IMG/VR virus record: IMGVR_UViG_3300035698_031273
Span: 43,070 to 107,069 of that record
Length of the DNA: 64,000 nucleotides
Source: a virus
Reading direction: 5' to 3' (one strand)
In this document: positions 11,233 to 23,000 of the stretch, in pieces
Position numbering within the stretch: the first letter of the stretch is position 1
How the letters are laid out: each line of letters opens with the position of its first letter
Program-made: the position numbers and the translations under genes
The notes under the pieces: model-generated
What the model was told of the DNA's origin: nothing
The model's database searches: none
What the model saw: only the letters and a program-made list of their open reading frames with translations

Positions 11233-14200
11233 ATGCCACTTTTACGAGTATCAAATAAATATAATCATTTACCAAACGAATGTTATATTACAGTAAGTAC
11301 CAATAATTCTGAGTCTTTTTACACAACTGATTGTACTAAGTCTTTTACTCTTGAGGAAAGACCTTTTACTCTACCATTAAATGTTACTATTAAATTTGAA
11401 AAAATAGAAGGTGCCGAATTTGAGGAAGTGTATGTTGATCGTTCTAGTGCTCAATATGGACTAACAGATTCTACAGTATATAGGGATGGAGAATGGAGAC
11501 CAGCATATAAGGTAGAAATAATAATGCCAGATAATAGTTATAGTTCTTATGATGTAGAAATACGTTATAAAAATAGTTATTATTTAACGGTCAAAAAAGA
11601 AGGAACAATATCTGGGCAAATTTATGGAGGAGAAGAAGAACAAAGACAAAGAATATATTATGATACCCCTATACTTCTTAGTTCATCTAATGATTATTAT
11701 ATCTTGTTGGCCACTAGTAATGATCCTAGAGATGAGGTAAAAAGGTGGATTAATACCGAGGAATCAAGTGCAGAAGCTGAGAATCATGTAAATATGGAAG
11801 GAGGAGATAAGACTGTATTTGTAGAGTTTATTAGACCAGGAACACAAAGTTATACATTAACAACATCTGTCCTACCAGATAATGATATTGGAGGTACTTT
11901 ATTAACTAATCCACAAGGACCAGATCATATAGAGGGAACAACAGTATTATTAAATGCATCTCCGGCTCCAGGGGGACCAGGGGAGCCAGGTTGGTTTGTT
12001 GAGGAATGGATTGGTACAAATGATGATGATTTGACCACTTCTAATAATGAAATTACGATGCCCAGTCAGGACACTACTGTAACTGTGAAATTTGGACATG
12101 CTCCATTTCATATAGAAGTAGAAGTTTATACTGGTGGAATTCTTAATAATACTGGTGGAACTGTTGATATTATATCAGATGAATATACTGCTGGTTCTGT
12201 TGTTAATATAACAGCTACTCTTGCTACTGGATATAAAGTTCAAAAGTGGGTGGGAACTCAGATTGAAGCAACCTCATCTAATTCTAATTCTATTTTTGTG
12301 GATGCAAAGAAGACTGTCCAAGTTTATTTTATAGAGACAACAATTATAAATTATACTTTAGAAACTTCTGTTGTAGACAATAATTATGGTTATATTCAAC
12401 CATCCTCAGGAGACCATGAAAGCGGCATAACAGTTACTTTAACTGCTGGTGCAGATGTTGGATATCGTGTTAAAAAATGGACAGGAACAGATAAAGATAA
12501 CATAGTGGATAAAATAAATTATGTTACTATGACTTCTGCTAAAACTGTCGAAGTACAATTTGAAGTAGATCCTGATTATGTTGCTCCTCCAGACACTGAC
12601 TTGGACCCTGCAGTTCCAGATGAACATGGATGGATAATATCTCCTTATACATATGATAACATATTTTTATGTCCTTCTGATGAAATTTTGGGAAATGTAA
12701 TTAGATTTACTTATTATAATGACACTGGTTCGGAACAAAATTTAAATTTTCATATAAGATTTTATGCTGATATGGGAAGGGAAATTTTATTATATACCGC
12801 TTTTACTGTTTCAAATACAAAAAGATGGTTTATAGAAAATGCTCCTCCTATTGTATTTCCTAATGGGGGAATTACTGTGTCTGATGAAGGTACGACTGAC
12901 ATTATGTTTGTCCCAGAAGTTTTACCACATGAAAAAATAGAAGAACAGAGAAGATATTTAGCAAATACTACTAGTGGAAATACTTATGAATTGCCATTAT
13001 TATGTGGTGTTAAATATTATGCTGATATAAGTTATAAGTTTCAGAACAGTAATTATATTTATCCTTTAAAAACAATAGTCTTTAGAACAACTGGCGAAGT
13101 TATACAAGGTAATTTTGGTAGGAGAAATGTTGACGAAAGCACATGGGTCTGTTCTGGGCAAGGTGTTGATGACATGAGAGTTACTAGTTCAATGGGGCAG
13201 GCTATATCTCCATCATTAGAATCTAATTTATTTGGACATTTTATGGTTGTTTGGGAAGACACGAGGAATGGGCTTCCTAAAATATATGGGGCAACCTATG
13301 ATTCTGATAGTGAAGTGTTATACTCTAGTGGTCAAGGATATTTTGATTCAGTAAAACTTGATCAAGGACAACATCCTAAAATTTTAGTTGATCAAGCACA
13401 AAATTTTTATATATCTTCTATTGATCGGGATCAGATATATGTAAATAAGTGTTCTTTGCCGGTTAGAGGTATTCAGGAACCTCCTGTTATTTATGATTCT
13501 GAACAATTGTGTTTTCCTGGATCTGGTACTTTTTTAGATATAGGAGATGACATTAGAATAAGAATTTATCAGGAAGATAATAAGGGCAGTCTTGTCATTA
13601 GTGAATCGGAAGTCTTAACTGTGGTAACGAGTACTTATGTTCGTTTTGATGTAACTGGAGTAGCTGGTTCATATGCTGTTAGATTAAGATCATCTTCAGA
13701 TAAAAATTGGAGTGATTGGATCAATATAGGAGTTGGTATTTATACTGGAGTGAATGAACAGGGACAACCTAAACCCAAGACAGAAGCTGACTTTTCTTAT
13801 GATGCTTATTTTATTGGAAATAATAGATTTGTAGTTCCATGGGACATAAGTCGTGCAAATGGAATACGTAGAGTTTGTGGGCAAATTCTTACTGTATATG
13901 GAATTACTAAAACATTTTGTATTGAATTCCTTTCTAATTTTGATGAGTTAGATTATTCAGTTGAATTTTATAAAGATAGCGATTTTAGTAATAAGTTTTC
14001 TTTTTATAATGGAATGTTTGTGCTTAGTGCTGTTACTAGTAATATTGTATATGTAAAAATAAAATTTAACACGAATGAAGACATGGGAAGTTTAACATTT
14101 AATATAGTACAGCAAGGAATTAATGATAGATTTGGAGAGCATAACGGGCTTATATTGACCAAATCTCTTACGGAAGAAGGAGTATATACCGGAAGTTTTG

Positions 14201-14538
14201 AAATAGAAAAAAGTGATGGAGTTTTTAATAAAGATGGAAAAGGTATTCTGACAGTTAATATTCCTGGTTTTCCTACCAACTTAGAAGCTACATATTGTAA
14301 AGATGACATTTTTTCTTCTGACGGAAATTATTTAGATTATTATAATGTAAATGGCACTTTTGTCAACCATGAAACATTAAGAAAAGCTAATGATGTTAGT
14401 GCTGAGGAAGTTTTTTCAGCATATCGTACAGCCCAATTTAATCGTGTTATTGATACAAATAGTCTAAAGAGATTATATGACAGTGATGATCCTCAGTATT
14501 TATTTGGTGATACTTCTTTTTACAAAGATAGAGAATAG
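11233..14538 (+). CDS. Virion protein with InlB B-repeat-like (Flg_new) domains, an Ig-like repeat and propeller blades
   Basis: About three repeats of YTL.TSV...G.TV.L.A....GY.V.KW.GT...VTM...KTV.V.F at ~11850-12565; SD-like AGGGAG upstream. Confidence 0.65.
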   Translation: MPLLRVSNKYNHLPNECYITVSTNNSESFYTTDCTKSFTLEERPFTLPLNVTIKFEKIEGAEFEEVYVDRSSAQYGLTDSTVYRDGEWRPAYKVEIIMPDNSYSSYDVEIRYKNSYYLTVKKEGTISGQIYGGEEEQRQRIYYDTPILLSSSNDYYILLATSNDPRDEVKRWINTEESSAEAENHVNMEGGDKTVFVEFIRPGTQSYTLTTSVLPDNDIGGTLLTNPQGPDHIEGTTVLLNASPAPGGPGEPGWFVEEWIGTNDDDLTTSNNEITMPSQDTTVTVKFGHAPFHIEVEVYTGGILNNTGGTVDIISDEYTAGSVVNITATLATGYKVQKWVGTQIEATSSNSNSIFVDAKKTVQVYFIETTIINYTLETSVVDNNYGYIQPSSGDHESGITVTLTAGADVGYRVKKWTGTDKDNIVDKINYVTMTSAKTVEVQFEVDPDYVAPPDTDLDPAVPDEHGWIISPYTYDNIFLCPSDEILGNVIRFTYYNDTGSEQNLNFHIRFYADMGREILLYTAFTVSNTKRWFIENAPPIVFPNGGITVSDEGTTDIMFVPEVLPHEKIEEQRRYLANTTSGNTYELPLLCGVKYYADISYKFQNSNYIYPLKTIVFRTTGEVIQGNFGRRNVDESTWVCSGQGVDDMRVTSSMGQAISPSLESNLFGHFMVVWEDTRNGLPKIYGATYDSDSEVLYSSGQGYFDSVKLDQGQHPKILVDQAQNFYISSIDRDQIYVNKCSLPVRGIQEPPVIYDSEQLCFPGSGTFLDIGDDIRIRIYQEDNKGSLVISESEVLTVVTSTYVRFDVTGVAGSYAVRLRSSSDKNWSDWINIGVGIYTGVNEQGQPKPKTEADFSYDAYFIGNNRFVVPWDISRANGIRRVCGQILTVYGITKTFCIEFLSNFDELDYSVEFYKDSDFSNKFSFYNGMFVLSAVTSNIVYVKIKFNTNEDMGSLTFNIVQQGINDRFGEHNGLILTKSLTEEGVYTGSFEIEKSDGVFNKDGKGILTVNIPGFPTNLEATYCKDDIFSSDGNYLDYYNVNGTFVNHETLRKANDVSAEEVFSAYRTAQFNRVIDTNSLKRLYDSDDPQYLFGDTSFYKDRE

Positions 14539-14543
14539 TTAAA

Positions 14544-16004
14544 ATGGCAGTTCTTGATAGTCCAACTTTAATATATCCTAACGGGGGAGAAGATATATGG
14601 TTTAGGGAAATAACCATTACATGGGAAGAGCCAGATTACGATACTTCTAATTATAATTGGTATGAAATATTCTTTACGGATAATTATACTGTTAGTGGCA
14701 GTCCAGATTGGATGCAAATAGCATCTCTTCCTGTTTCTGTAACGTCTTTTCAATGGTATATGCCGGTATTTGTTAAGGGAATACAATGTAGGTTTGCAAT
14801 AAGATTAAGAAATGAAAAAGGAGAAAGAAGTGAAAGAATTATTTCTGCAGGCAATATTACAATTAAAAGTAGTCCTTTAGAAAGTCCTTCTGTTTTTAGT
14901 CCTGCTCCTCAAGGCAATTATTTTGCATATGTTCCTATTATTTTTAATCAAGAAAATGTGATAGGTAAAATTTCTCAACGTGCATTTTATCGAGGATACT
15001 ATAGTTCAGAAACCCACGATATTGATTGGACAGTTATTCCAAAAATATTTTATGTTGGTTCTCCCACATATTATTGGAGTGTAGAAAATCTTTCGTCTTC
15101 TAATGATTATTCTTTTAAGTTTGAGTTGGTTGAAGGAGATAGTATTTCCAAACCTGTTTTTATAAACAATGTAAATATAAATGTTTTGAATTATTTTACA
15201 ATAGATACCATTCCTCCAAAAGGAACAGTTACAATAACAAATAATCAACAATATACCAATAATAGAGATGTTATACTTGATGTTAAATCTTTCGACGAAA
15301 CCACTTCTGTGAAAAGTGTAACTATACAGCAGGCGGTAATATCTTCTGATGGATTTCAAATTGAATCTGTCGGTATAGCACAGAATTTAGGTAATGTAAT
15401 TACTTGGCAAATTTCAGGAGAAGAAGATGGGGTCAAATATTTACAGGCTAAATTGAAGGACTATGGAGATAATGTGGAAATCAATTCCTATAGTGATGAA
15501 AAGAAATATTTTCGAGTATATAATAGTATTGCTGATAGTACAGTATCTTCAATAATGGTAAATGGAAGTGATATTTGGTCAGCTTTTGCAGGTGATGGTT
15601 ATCAAGTTTATAAGAACAGGGAGTTTGTTGTTGCTCCGTCGTATGAAGTAACATCTATGCATTTTTATAGTAATGTTCCTTATTTTTGTTTGAAAACATC
15701 TTCAAATACTGGTATTTTTCAGCGTTATATAAACGAGACATTATATACTTTGATGACATTTACAGATATAGATAGTATTATAAATTCTTCAACTGTGTTT
15801 AATAGTCTTCTTATTTTAGGAATGGAAAATGGAAATCTTTATTCTTTCAACGGAACGACGTTAAGTTTGCTTACATCCTACAACAATAGTATTACTGGTG
15901 TTTTTACAGATAATAACCTTTTATATATTACTCTTGATAAAAGTTCTATTATGGGAGTTTATGATGGTTACAGTTTTTCAACCGTTTCTTCTCTTTGGAG
16001 CTGA
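14544..16004 (+). CDS. Virion protein with Ig/FN3-like domains and a C-terminal propeller-like region
   Basis: PTLIYPNGGE N-terminus and DTIPPKGTVTITNNQQYTNNRDVILDV, both typical of extracellular Ig-like modules. Confidence 0.55.
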   Translation: MAVLDSPTLIYPNGGEDIWFREITITWEEPDYDTSNYNWYEIFFTDNYTVSGSPDWMQIASLPVSVTSFQWYMPVFVKGIQCRFAIRLRNEKGERSERIISAGNITIKSSPLESPSVFSPAPQGNYFAYVPIIFNQENVIGKISQRAFYRGYYSSETHDIDWTVIPKIFYVGSPTYYWSVENLSSSNDYSFKFELVEGDSISKPVFINNVNINVLNYFTIDTIPPKGTVTITNNQQYTNNRDVILDVKSFDETTSVKSVTIQQAVISSDGFQIESVGIAQNLGNVITWQISGEEDGVKYLQAKLKDYGDNVEINSYSDEKKYFRVYNSIADSTVSSIMVNGSDIWSAFAGDGYQVYKNREFVVAPSYEVTSMHFYSNVPYFCLKTSSNTGIFQRYINETLYTLMTFTDIDSIINSSTVFNSLLILGMENGNLYSFNGTTLSLLTSYNNSITGVFTDNNLLYITLDKSSIMGVYDGYSFSTVSSLWS

Positions 16005-16006
16005 TC

Positions 16007-16984
16007 ATGGGGAATAATGCGGAAATTAAATATTATCTAACTAGCTTGCAAAATAGCATTGCTCAGAATAATTTATCGCAATCTATTGGAGGGTATATAA
16101 GTACATCTCTTTTATACCCAGAAACAACAATAACTTCTACTGTTAGTTTTTTTGATACAACATTGGAGATATCTGATTTTACTCAGGTTCCGAATCAGGT
16201 ATATTTATTTTCAGGATATGAGCTTATTGAGGTAGATGCAATTACTTCAAATACTGTTGTAATTCAAGAAAGAAGTGTAAATGGTATTAGAGATACACAT
16301 ATTTCTGGAGATATAGTAAAAGGAGTTTCATCAAGACTGTTGTTTGATAATTTTTTTAATGAAGAAAATAAGCAATATCGTTGTTTTGCCATAAAAAACG
16401 ATAGTGCAACAGTTACTTTTTTTGATGTTTCAGTTAAGTTGTCTTTAAATAGTCAGAATAATTATAGTTCATATAATGTAGCTGTTGAAATTCCTAGCAA
16501 TGATTATGTAAGTTCTGCATCTACGTCCGAGGGGACAGACTCTACATTAATTGACAACACTCTTATTTCTTATAGCTTAAATCAATTTAATGATGCTGTT
16601 ATCAATATCCTTTCAGGTAGTAATCTAGGTCAAACAAGAATTATTTCTTCTTTTGATAATATTACGGGAACGATTACTGTAAGTAGTTCTTTTCCTCATG
16701 ATAATGTAACGGGAATAAATTATGAAATTGAACCTGGTCCGGCTCAAAGAACTAAATCAGGTGAGATATCTCCAGATATCTCTTTGTCTACATTTTCTGG
16801 CTTTAAGAGTGTTAATGTAGGAATTCCAATTGATGTAAATGGTTTGAGAGACAATGGTAGTAATCTAGAACCTAATGATGTAATTTATGTTTGGGTAGAA
16901 CGTAGTATGTTGATTAATGGTTTGGCTTATGATAATAATACTTTTGTTCTGGATGTTGATTATTCAGATATTGGAGGGTCATAA
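16007..16984 (+). CDS. Putative minor tail/structural protein
   Basis: ATG at 16007 preceded by GGAG. SIGG..IS/LFDN/YRCF/VWVER pattern and SG...GQTRII motif resemble phage structural proteins. Confidence 0.5.
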   Translation: MGNNAEIKYYLTSLQNSIAQNNLSQSIGGYISTSLLYPETTITSTVSFFDTTLEISDFTQVPNQVYLFSGYELIEVDAITSNTVVIQERSVNGIRDTHISGDIVKGVSSRLLFDNFFNEENKQYRCFAIKNDSATVTFFDVSVKLSLNSQNNYSSYNVAVEIPSNDYVSSASTSEGTDSTLIDNTLISYSLNQFNDAVINILSGSNLGQTRIISSFDNITGTITVSSSFPHDNVTGINYEIEPGPAQRTKSGEISPDISLSTFSGFKSVNVGIPIDVNGLRDNGSNLEPNDVIYVWVERSMLINGLAYDNNTFVLDVDYSDIGGS

Positions 16985-16986
16985 TT

Positions 16987-17994
16987 TTGGATTTAAGATC
17001 TTCTGTTAAAATGTTCTTACAATTTGAAACTTCAGATGTTTTAATAGATTCGGTATCTAGTAATCATTTAGATGTGGTTGGGACTTCAGGTGTGAGTACG
17101 ATTTCTGGTGATCTTGGTTATGTCATGCAACAAGATCAGTATCTTTTTATGAATAATTCTAGATTTTCGGTTGACCAAGAAATGATGATAGGGTTTTGGC
17201 TTTATCCTGTTAATCCTGGGATGGTAGTTGAAACCCCACCTACCATTGAACCCTTAAGAATTTCTCTTATGGATTACGGGAATGATAATCCTTCTTTAAA
17301 TCCTACTATTCTTGGGGATAAGTTATTTGTACTTTATGAAGAGACTAATACTAACGGTACGAATGTTTTGAATTTACATATGAACAATAGCGGATATACC
17401 GCAAAAACAGAATCATATACAGCAGGAGTTTGGCATCATTTTCTTATTGCTTATGATGGCAAAGAATCATCAATAAGAATAATTGTAGATGGCAGAAACA
17501 GTAATATAACTGATGGAGGCAATGTTCCTATTCACTTATATTCTACTGTTGCTGATTTTTATCTTAATAGAAAAATAATTGAAGGAAGTTATGATGTTGC
17601 TAATAATCAGGGGTATATAGGTGATATTTTTGTTATGAACGAAGTATTATCATCTACTAATGATTTGGAAATATTTGTTAGAAAAATAGTAAACAAATCA
17701 ACCGAATGGACTTTAGATGAGGAAAATTGGTTTACAGAATATTTTAATCAGGGGTTTTATATCCCTCAGGACCCAACTACAATAAGTGCCACATCATTTA
17801 TTAATGATATGAAAGATTTGTACATTTCTAATACTAAGGGGCAGATTAATAGAGGGTCTCCTTTGTTTTGGGAAGTAAGAAGATCTTTTTCTCAATCTTC
17901 TGAAATAAATTTGCTTAATAAAAATGTTCGGGGTAGTCAGGTGAGTTCTAGTAACGGGTATCTAGAAATAGGTGGGTCAGTTGTTCGTTTTTAG
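16987..17994 (+). CDS. LamG/concanavalin-A-like domain virion protein
   Basis: IGFWLYP, GVWHHFLIAYDG..IRIIVDG, GYIGDIFVMN motifs. Confidence 0.75.
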   Translation: MDLRSSVKMFLQFETSDVLIDSVSSNHLDVVGTSGVSTISGDLGYVMQQDQYLFMNNSRFSVDQEMMIGFWLYPVNPGMVVETPPTIEPLRISLMDYGNDNPSLNPTILGDKLFVLYEETNTNGTNVLNLHMNNSGYTAKTESYTAGVWHHFLIAYDGKESSIRIIVDGRNSNITDGGNVPIHLYSTVADFYLNRKIIEGSYDVANNQGYIGDIFVMNEVLSSTNDLEIFVRKIVNKSTEWTLDEENWFTEYFNQGFYIPQDPTTISATSFINDMKDLYISNTKGQINRGSPLFWEVRRSFSQSSEINLLNKNVRGSQVSSSNGYLEIGGSVVRF

Positions 17995-18003
17995 GAAATA
18001 CAA

Positions 18004-20094
18004 ATGGACTTAACAGTAAAAATAAATAATATAAGTACTTCTAATCAAGTTGTTATTACTGATGATAAACCTACAATTACTTGGGATTTTGAAGAACTAA
18101 TAGATGTCAATATAAGTGGAGATGCTGGAATAATATCTTCAACAGAACCAATAGAACAATTAGATTTTACAATTTTGATTGCTGATAATAATGTTGGCTG
18201 GGGAGAAAGTTTTTTTGTAGGGAATATTACTCAATCTGATATTATTACTACTAAAAGAAAATCTTGGAAATATCTTGGACCATTGCTTGAAAGAGGACTA
18301 ACTTATTATGGTCAAATTAGAGTTCGTGATGAACTTAATCAAAGTAGTGGCTGGGTAGAGTTTTCTTTTCGTTATAATTCTTTACCTTATATTCAGACTG
18401 CTAGTTTATCTCCTTCTTCTCCAACTATAGATGATGACATAATCTTATCTTATACTTATTATGATGCTGATGGAGACATAGAATCAGGCACTTTTATTCG
18501 TTGGTATCAGAACGGAGAGTATCGTTCTCAATTTGATGACAATTTAATAATTCGTTCAGATTTCACCAAAGATGGAGATATATGGTCTGTTAACATTATT
18601 CCTAGTGACGGATATGAATATGGTCAAAAATATGTTCCATCTTCAGTTGTGGTTAATTATAATTATCCAGAGATTTCTTCGGCTACAATATCTCCTTCCA
18701 CTCCTAATGAAAATGACATTTTAAAAGCAGAATTTGTAACAGATTTTAAGGATTTTACTGGTTCTGAACAAATTAGATGGTTTGTAAACAATGTCTTACA
18801 ATCAACACTAGAAAATAATATTTATGCCAGACCAGATGTTGGTCCGGGAGATATTGTTTTTTATCAAATAAAATATCCGGAGGATACATCATATTCTACC
18901 TCTCAGAGTGTTACGATTGTAGACTCAAATTTTGTTGTAAGAGATATAAAGGTAGATGGATCAGTGGAGCCTCTTTCTGTTATTACTACTAGACCAATTG
19001 TGACATGGGCTGTGCATAGTCCATCTAACAGAAAAAACACTTATCTTTCTATTAGGGTAGGAACATACTATGGTGCTGCCAATATTTATAGTTCTGTTAT
19101 AAATACGGATGATACGGCTTGGCGTTTGCCAGATAATATAATAGAAAAAGGAAATGATTATTTTATAGGTATATCTGTTAGTGACTCAACAACATTTCCA
19201 GAACATATATATACAAAGTTTCGTGTTACTGGATCTAGATGGACAGAAAGTGTGAGCAATACAACAGGATGGACGGTTGAAACAAGTTTTCTACTTAGTT
19301 CAGAAGATGATTTTAGTGAACAAATTTATCAGTTTGTTAGGATACAAGATGGTAGTTATTTTGCGGAAATAAGAATACATAATGAAAAATTAGCGTTTGT
19401 ATCAAGTGATACCACTTATTCTGCAGCAATAACTACTCAGGGAGCACATGTATTAACCATTGTAGGACAAAATAATAATATAAGAGTATATTTAGATCGT
19501 ATTTTATTGATAAATGCTGATGGATTGTTTACTCAGCCTACATCTGCTAAACTTCTAGAAATCGGGAATAATAAGGATTCTAATTTTGTTATCTTTTATA
19601 AATATGTATACTATACTACATTAAGTGATTATTATCCTGAAAGTTCTTCTCAATATTATAATATTAGTTTTGGAGAGTATTTAAACTTTCCGAATAATTC
19701 AATAGTATCTTTAAGAGAGTATATAGAGAACCTAACAGAATATAAAATATTTTCTACTAATCCTCATAATGAAGAAGAGGGGGCAACTATTTATAAACTA
19801 ATTCCAGGCGAGCCGATTAGTTTACATACAGTGAATAGAACATTTTCACCTATAAATAAAATAAGAGTTTCTCCAAATAGGAATTATACTGTTTTTTGTC
19901 ATTCTAAAGGAGCTTCTATATTTCGAGGATATCATATAGAAGATTATACTTCTTCTTATATATGGGATATTAGTTCAGCGGTTTTACCAGATAATGATGG
20001 ATGGGAATTATATCAAAGTTTGGGTAGGAATTCAGTTCAATTAGTAAGTGAAGGTTTGGTTATAAATACTTTGTATCAAGGACAAGAAAATTGA
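18004..20094 (+). CDS. Virion protein with FN3-like and Ig-like repeats plus a lectin-like domain
   Basis: Two Ig-like units (SPSSPTIDDDIILSYTYYDADGDIESGTFIRWY; SPSTPNENDILKAEF...IRWF); FN3-like PTITW...TYYGQIRVRD. Confidence 0.6.
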   Translation: MDLTVKINNISTSNQVVITDDKPTITWDFEELIDVNISGDAGIISSTEPIEQLDFTILIADNNVGWGESFFVGNITQSDIITTKRKSWKYLGPLLERGLTYYGQIRVRDELNQSSGWVEFSFRYNSLPYIQTASLSPSSPTIDDDIILSYTYYDADGDIESGTFIRWYQNGEYRSQFDDNLIIRSDFTKDGDIWSVNIIPSDGYEYGQKYVPSSVVVNYNYPEISSATISPSTPNENDILKAEFVTDFKDFTGSEQIRWFVNNVLQSTLENNIYARPDVGPGDIVFYQIKYPEDTSYSTSQSVTIVDSNFVVRDIKVDGSVEPLSVITTRPIVTWAVHSPSNRKNTYLSIRVGTYYGAANIYSSVINTDDTAWRLPDNIIEKGNDYFIGISVSDSTTFPEHIYTKFRVTGSRWTESVSNTTGWTVETSFLLSSEDDFSEQIYQFVRIQDGSYFAEIRIHNEKLAFVSSDTTYSAAITTQGAHVLTIVGQNNNIRVYLDRILLINADGLFTQPTSAKLLEIGNNKDSNFVIFYKYVYYTTLSDYYPESSSQYYNISFGEYLNFPNNSIVSLREYIENLTEYKIFSTNPHNEEEGATIYKLIPGEPISLHTVNRTFSPINKIRVSPNRNYTVFCHSKGASIFRGYHIEDYTSSYIWDISSAVLPDNDGWELYQSLGRNSVQLVSEGLVINTLYQGQEN

Positions 20095-23000
20095 GTACAT
20101 ACAAAAATCTTATTTTATCTAATAATCCAATTATGTATTGGAAACTAGATACTTCTGGACTCAGTAGTAGACCCCCTTATACGGAATTTTATGATGAAAT
20201 GTCGTATAGAAATGGGGCTTCCGTAAGTCTTTATGGTTATGATTTTAGTTTGTATTCAGATGACAGTCTTGTTCTTAGTGATAGCTCTGGCAAATCAATA
20301 TATCAACCATTTGATGTAGCGGGAACACCTCATTATATTACTGATATTAGTACTGAGTTTACTAATGTAGGAGGCACATCTGTATTGCAAGTTGGTGGGA
20401 GTATATTATATCCATTTACACTTGAAGCTTGGATTAAACCAATATCTCTTCCAACTGATGCTTCACAAGCATTAATAATGGGACACTATGATAGAACAGG
20501 TGTATCTTATACGGGATGTTCAGTGACTATTGATAGATGGGGAGTAATCCGGGCTGGGGCTTGTCTTCCTTGTGGAGCAGCAGGAACAATTGCTTCCTAT
20601 GCTATTGCGGTAATAAATCATGTATATCATATAGTTTTTGTTAAGAAATCTAATCTTACAACTGAACTTTGGATAAATGGGGTGTTAGAAGGTACAGGTT
20701 CTCATCTTTCTCCCTCGGGAACAATTAATTCAGGTTTTCGTATTTTTTATGGTCCCTGGTATTCTACTTTTAGTGGTTATATAGATGAGGTTGTTGCTTA
20801 TAATCATGTTTTAGATGAAACTGATATTCAAGAACATTATGAATTGGGAACTACCTCCGGGATATTGCCAGATATTATTGACACAACTGGTGAAAGTGTT
20901 TATACAGAATATGGAAGAATTACAGGAGGAAAATGGTATTATTCTCAAAATAAACCTGGTTCGAGATGGTATGACACAGTAGATAATTCTATGGGATGGA
21001 CAGTAGATATGGGACTACAAATAGTAGATATAAATAATAGTATGATTTTGTCTACTAATGAACCTCCAAATGGGATGGGAGTATATATTAACGATGGCAC
21101 TAGGCAGGAAAGCATATATTTTTTCCAACAAGAAATTTATTTTACGAATGCTAAAGAAAAAGTATTATATGATGCAACTCAACTTTCAGATTATTTTGTA
21201 GTGGGAAAAGGTGATAGTTTAAAACTTTTTGCTAGACCAGATGGAGAAACATTATGGCAAGAACTTGCTAGTGTTGGGTTTTCTACATCCGCTACTAATG
21301 AAGGGAATGCTAGTCGTCCAAGAATCACACAATCAATTTCTAATGAATTATATGCTGTTTGGCAAGAAGATGTAACAGTTTCTTCCCATATTTATTATTC
21401 TGTTTTTGGTGATAGTTGGGAAAATCCTGTTGCTATAGTTAAAAATAGTTATGGGGTATCTAATCCAGATATTGTTATTGATGCAAATAATGTTATTTCT
21501 ATTGTTTATGAAAGCAAACAGATTGATTATACAAATATTGGGTTTATAGAAAAAACATCATTAGGATGGTCTAACGAAGAATTTTTAACTGCTGAGGTCG
21601 GAGATTCTGTTTCTTCCAAAATTACTTTTGATAGTCTTGGTAATTTACATGTTGTGTGGGAAGATCATCGTTCAGGAAAGCCAGAAATATTTTCTATAAA
21701 AAGAGATTCTGTTTCTTTGAAATGGTCTGAACCAAGAAAACTTTATACTTCTCAATACGGTTCATTAAGGCCTTCTATATCATCTTATCTAGATGATATA
21801 TTTGTATCGTGGACAGAAAAAGAGTCAGATGGTTCATCTAAAATTTTAGCATTATCTTTTGATGCTACAACTTTGGTATCAACGGATGCTATAACTATAC
21901 CTTCTTTCTATTTTCGTGCAGACAATTCTTGTGTTGTTGCTAATATGTCAGGTAGTGTATTTATTTGTTGGGTAGATGAGAGGGATCAATTTGATGAGAT
22001 TTATTTTAGAATAATTATAAAAACATTTGATCCTTCTGATATGTCTCCGAGATTAGTACCTCAAAGCTCAGTTATGTTAGTAACTAATGGACATGGTGCA
22101 GCGGATCATCCTGACATATCGGAATCTACTAGTACTGGAGATATTTATATAGTATGGGAAGATTATTTTGATGCAGAAAATGATCCAAGTGCATTATCTA
22201 ATCCATATATTGCTGAGACATTTAAACAAAGAAAAACTATATTTTTGGCTTGGTATGATAGTAGTGAAGGTATTTTATATTCTAGTGGGCAAGGTTATTC
22301 TGATACAAAAGTTATTTTTGACGATATGAGGAGTGCTACATTTCCAGCAATTCCACAGAATTTTTCTAGTAACGTACCCATTATATATCAAATGATGTCT
22401 CAATATGAAAATGATTGGTTATATACTAAGGAAAGATTTGAAAGAATAGGTTATTTTGGTTGTGATACTCCTCTTACTGAGGAATTTAATGTAACCAACA
22501 ATGTTGATTATGGAGTTAGGAATGACTGGACAATTTCCAGAGTATTAGAAGGAAAGGAAATTAGATTTGGTGATTTTTCTAATTCATTAACGGGACAGTT
22601 ATTATTTACCCATTTTAAGTATTATACGGATGATGCAGTAGAACCTTTGGTTATTAAGGAGATTTCAAGTGATCAATTTAAAATTGGTGCCTTGGATGTG
22701 TTTGATGGTGCAGTCAGTAATGCTGGAGATGCATGGCTAGTGGGTCCATGTGGAGTATTATTCTTTTCTAATAGTAATGGAACTATATTTCTTGTTGGTA
22801 CTCAAGCCGAAGTAGACGATTTAGGTGCTGCAGTTGTTGGCCCTGAGGAGGGAATACGGGCACTTGCTTTTGATAAAAATAATATAATGTTTTTGGGTTG
22901 TAAAACAGGTCTGTATTATTCTATTAATCATTATGGTGGTTTTTATAAATTAAGTGGTCCTCCCGACAATATAACTACAGTTGCTTTTGACAAAAACAAT

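Noticed and set aside
21007-21016. 10-nt match (ATATGGGACT) to the predicted TnpB guide inside a structural gene
   Set aside because: Too short, and not preceded by the inferred TAM; compatible with chance.
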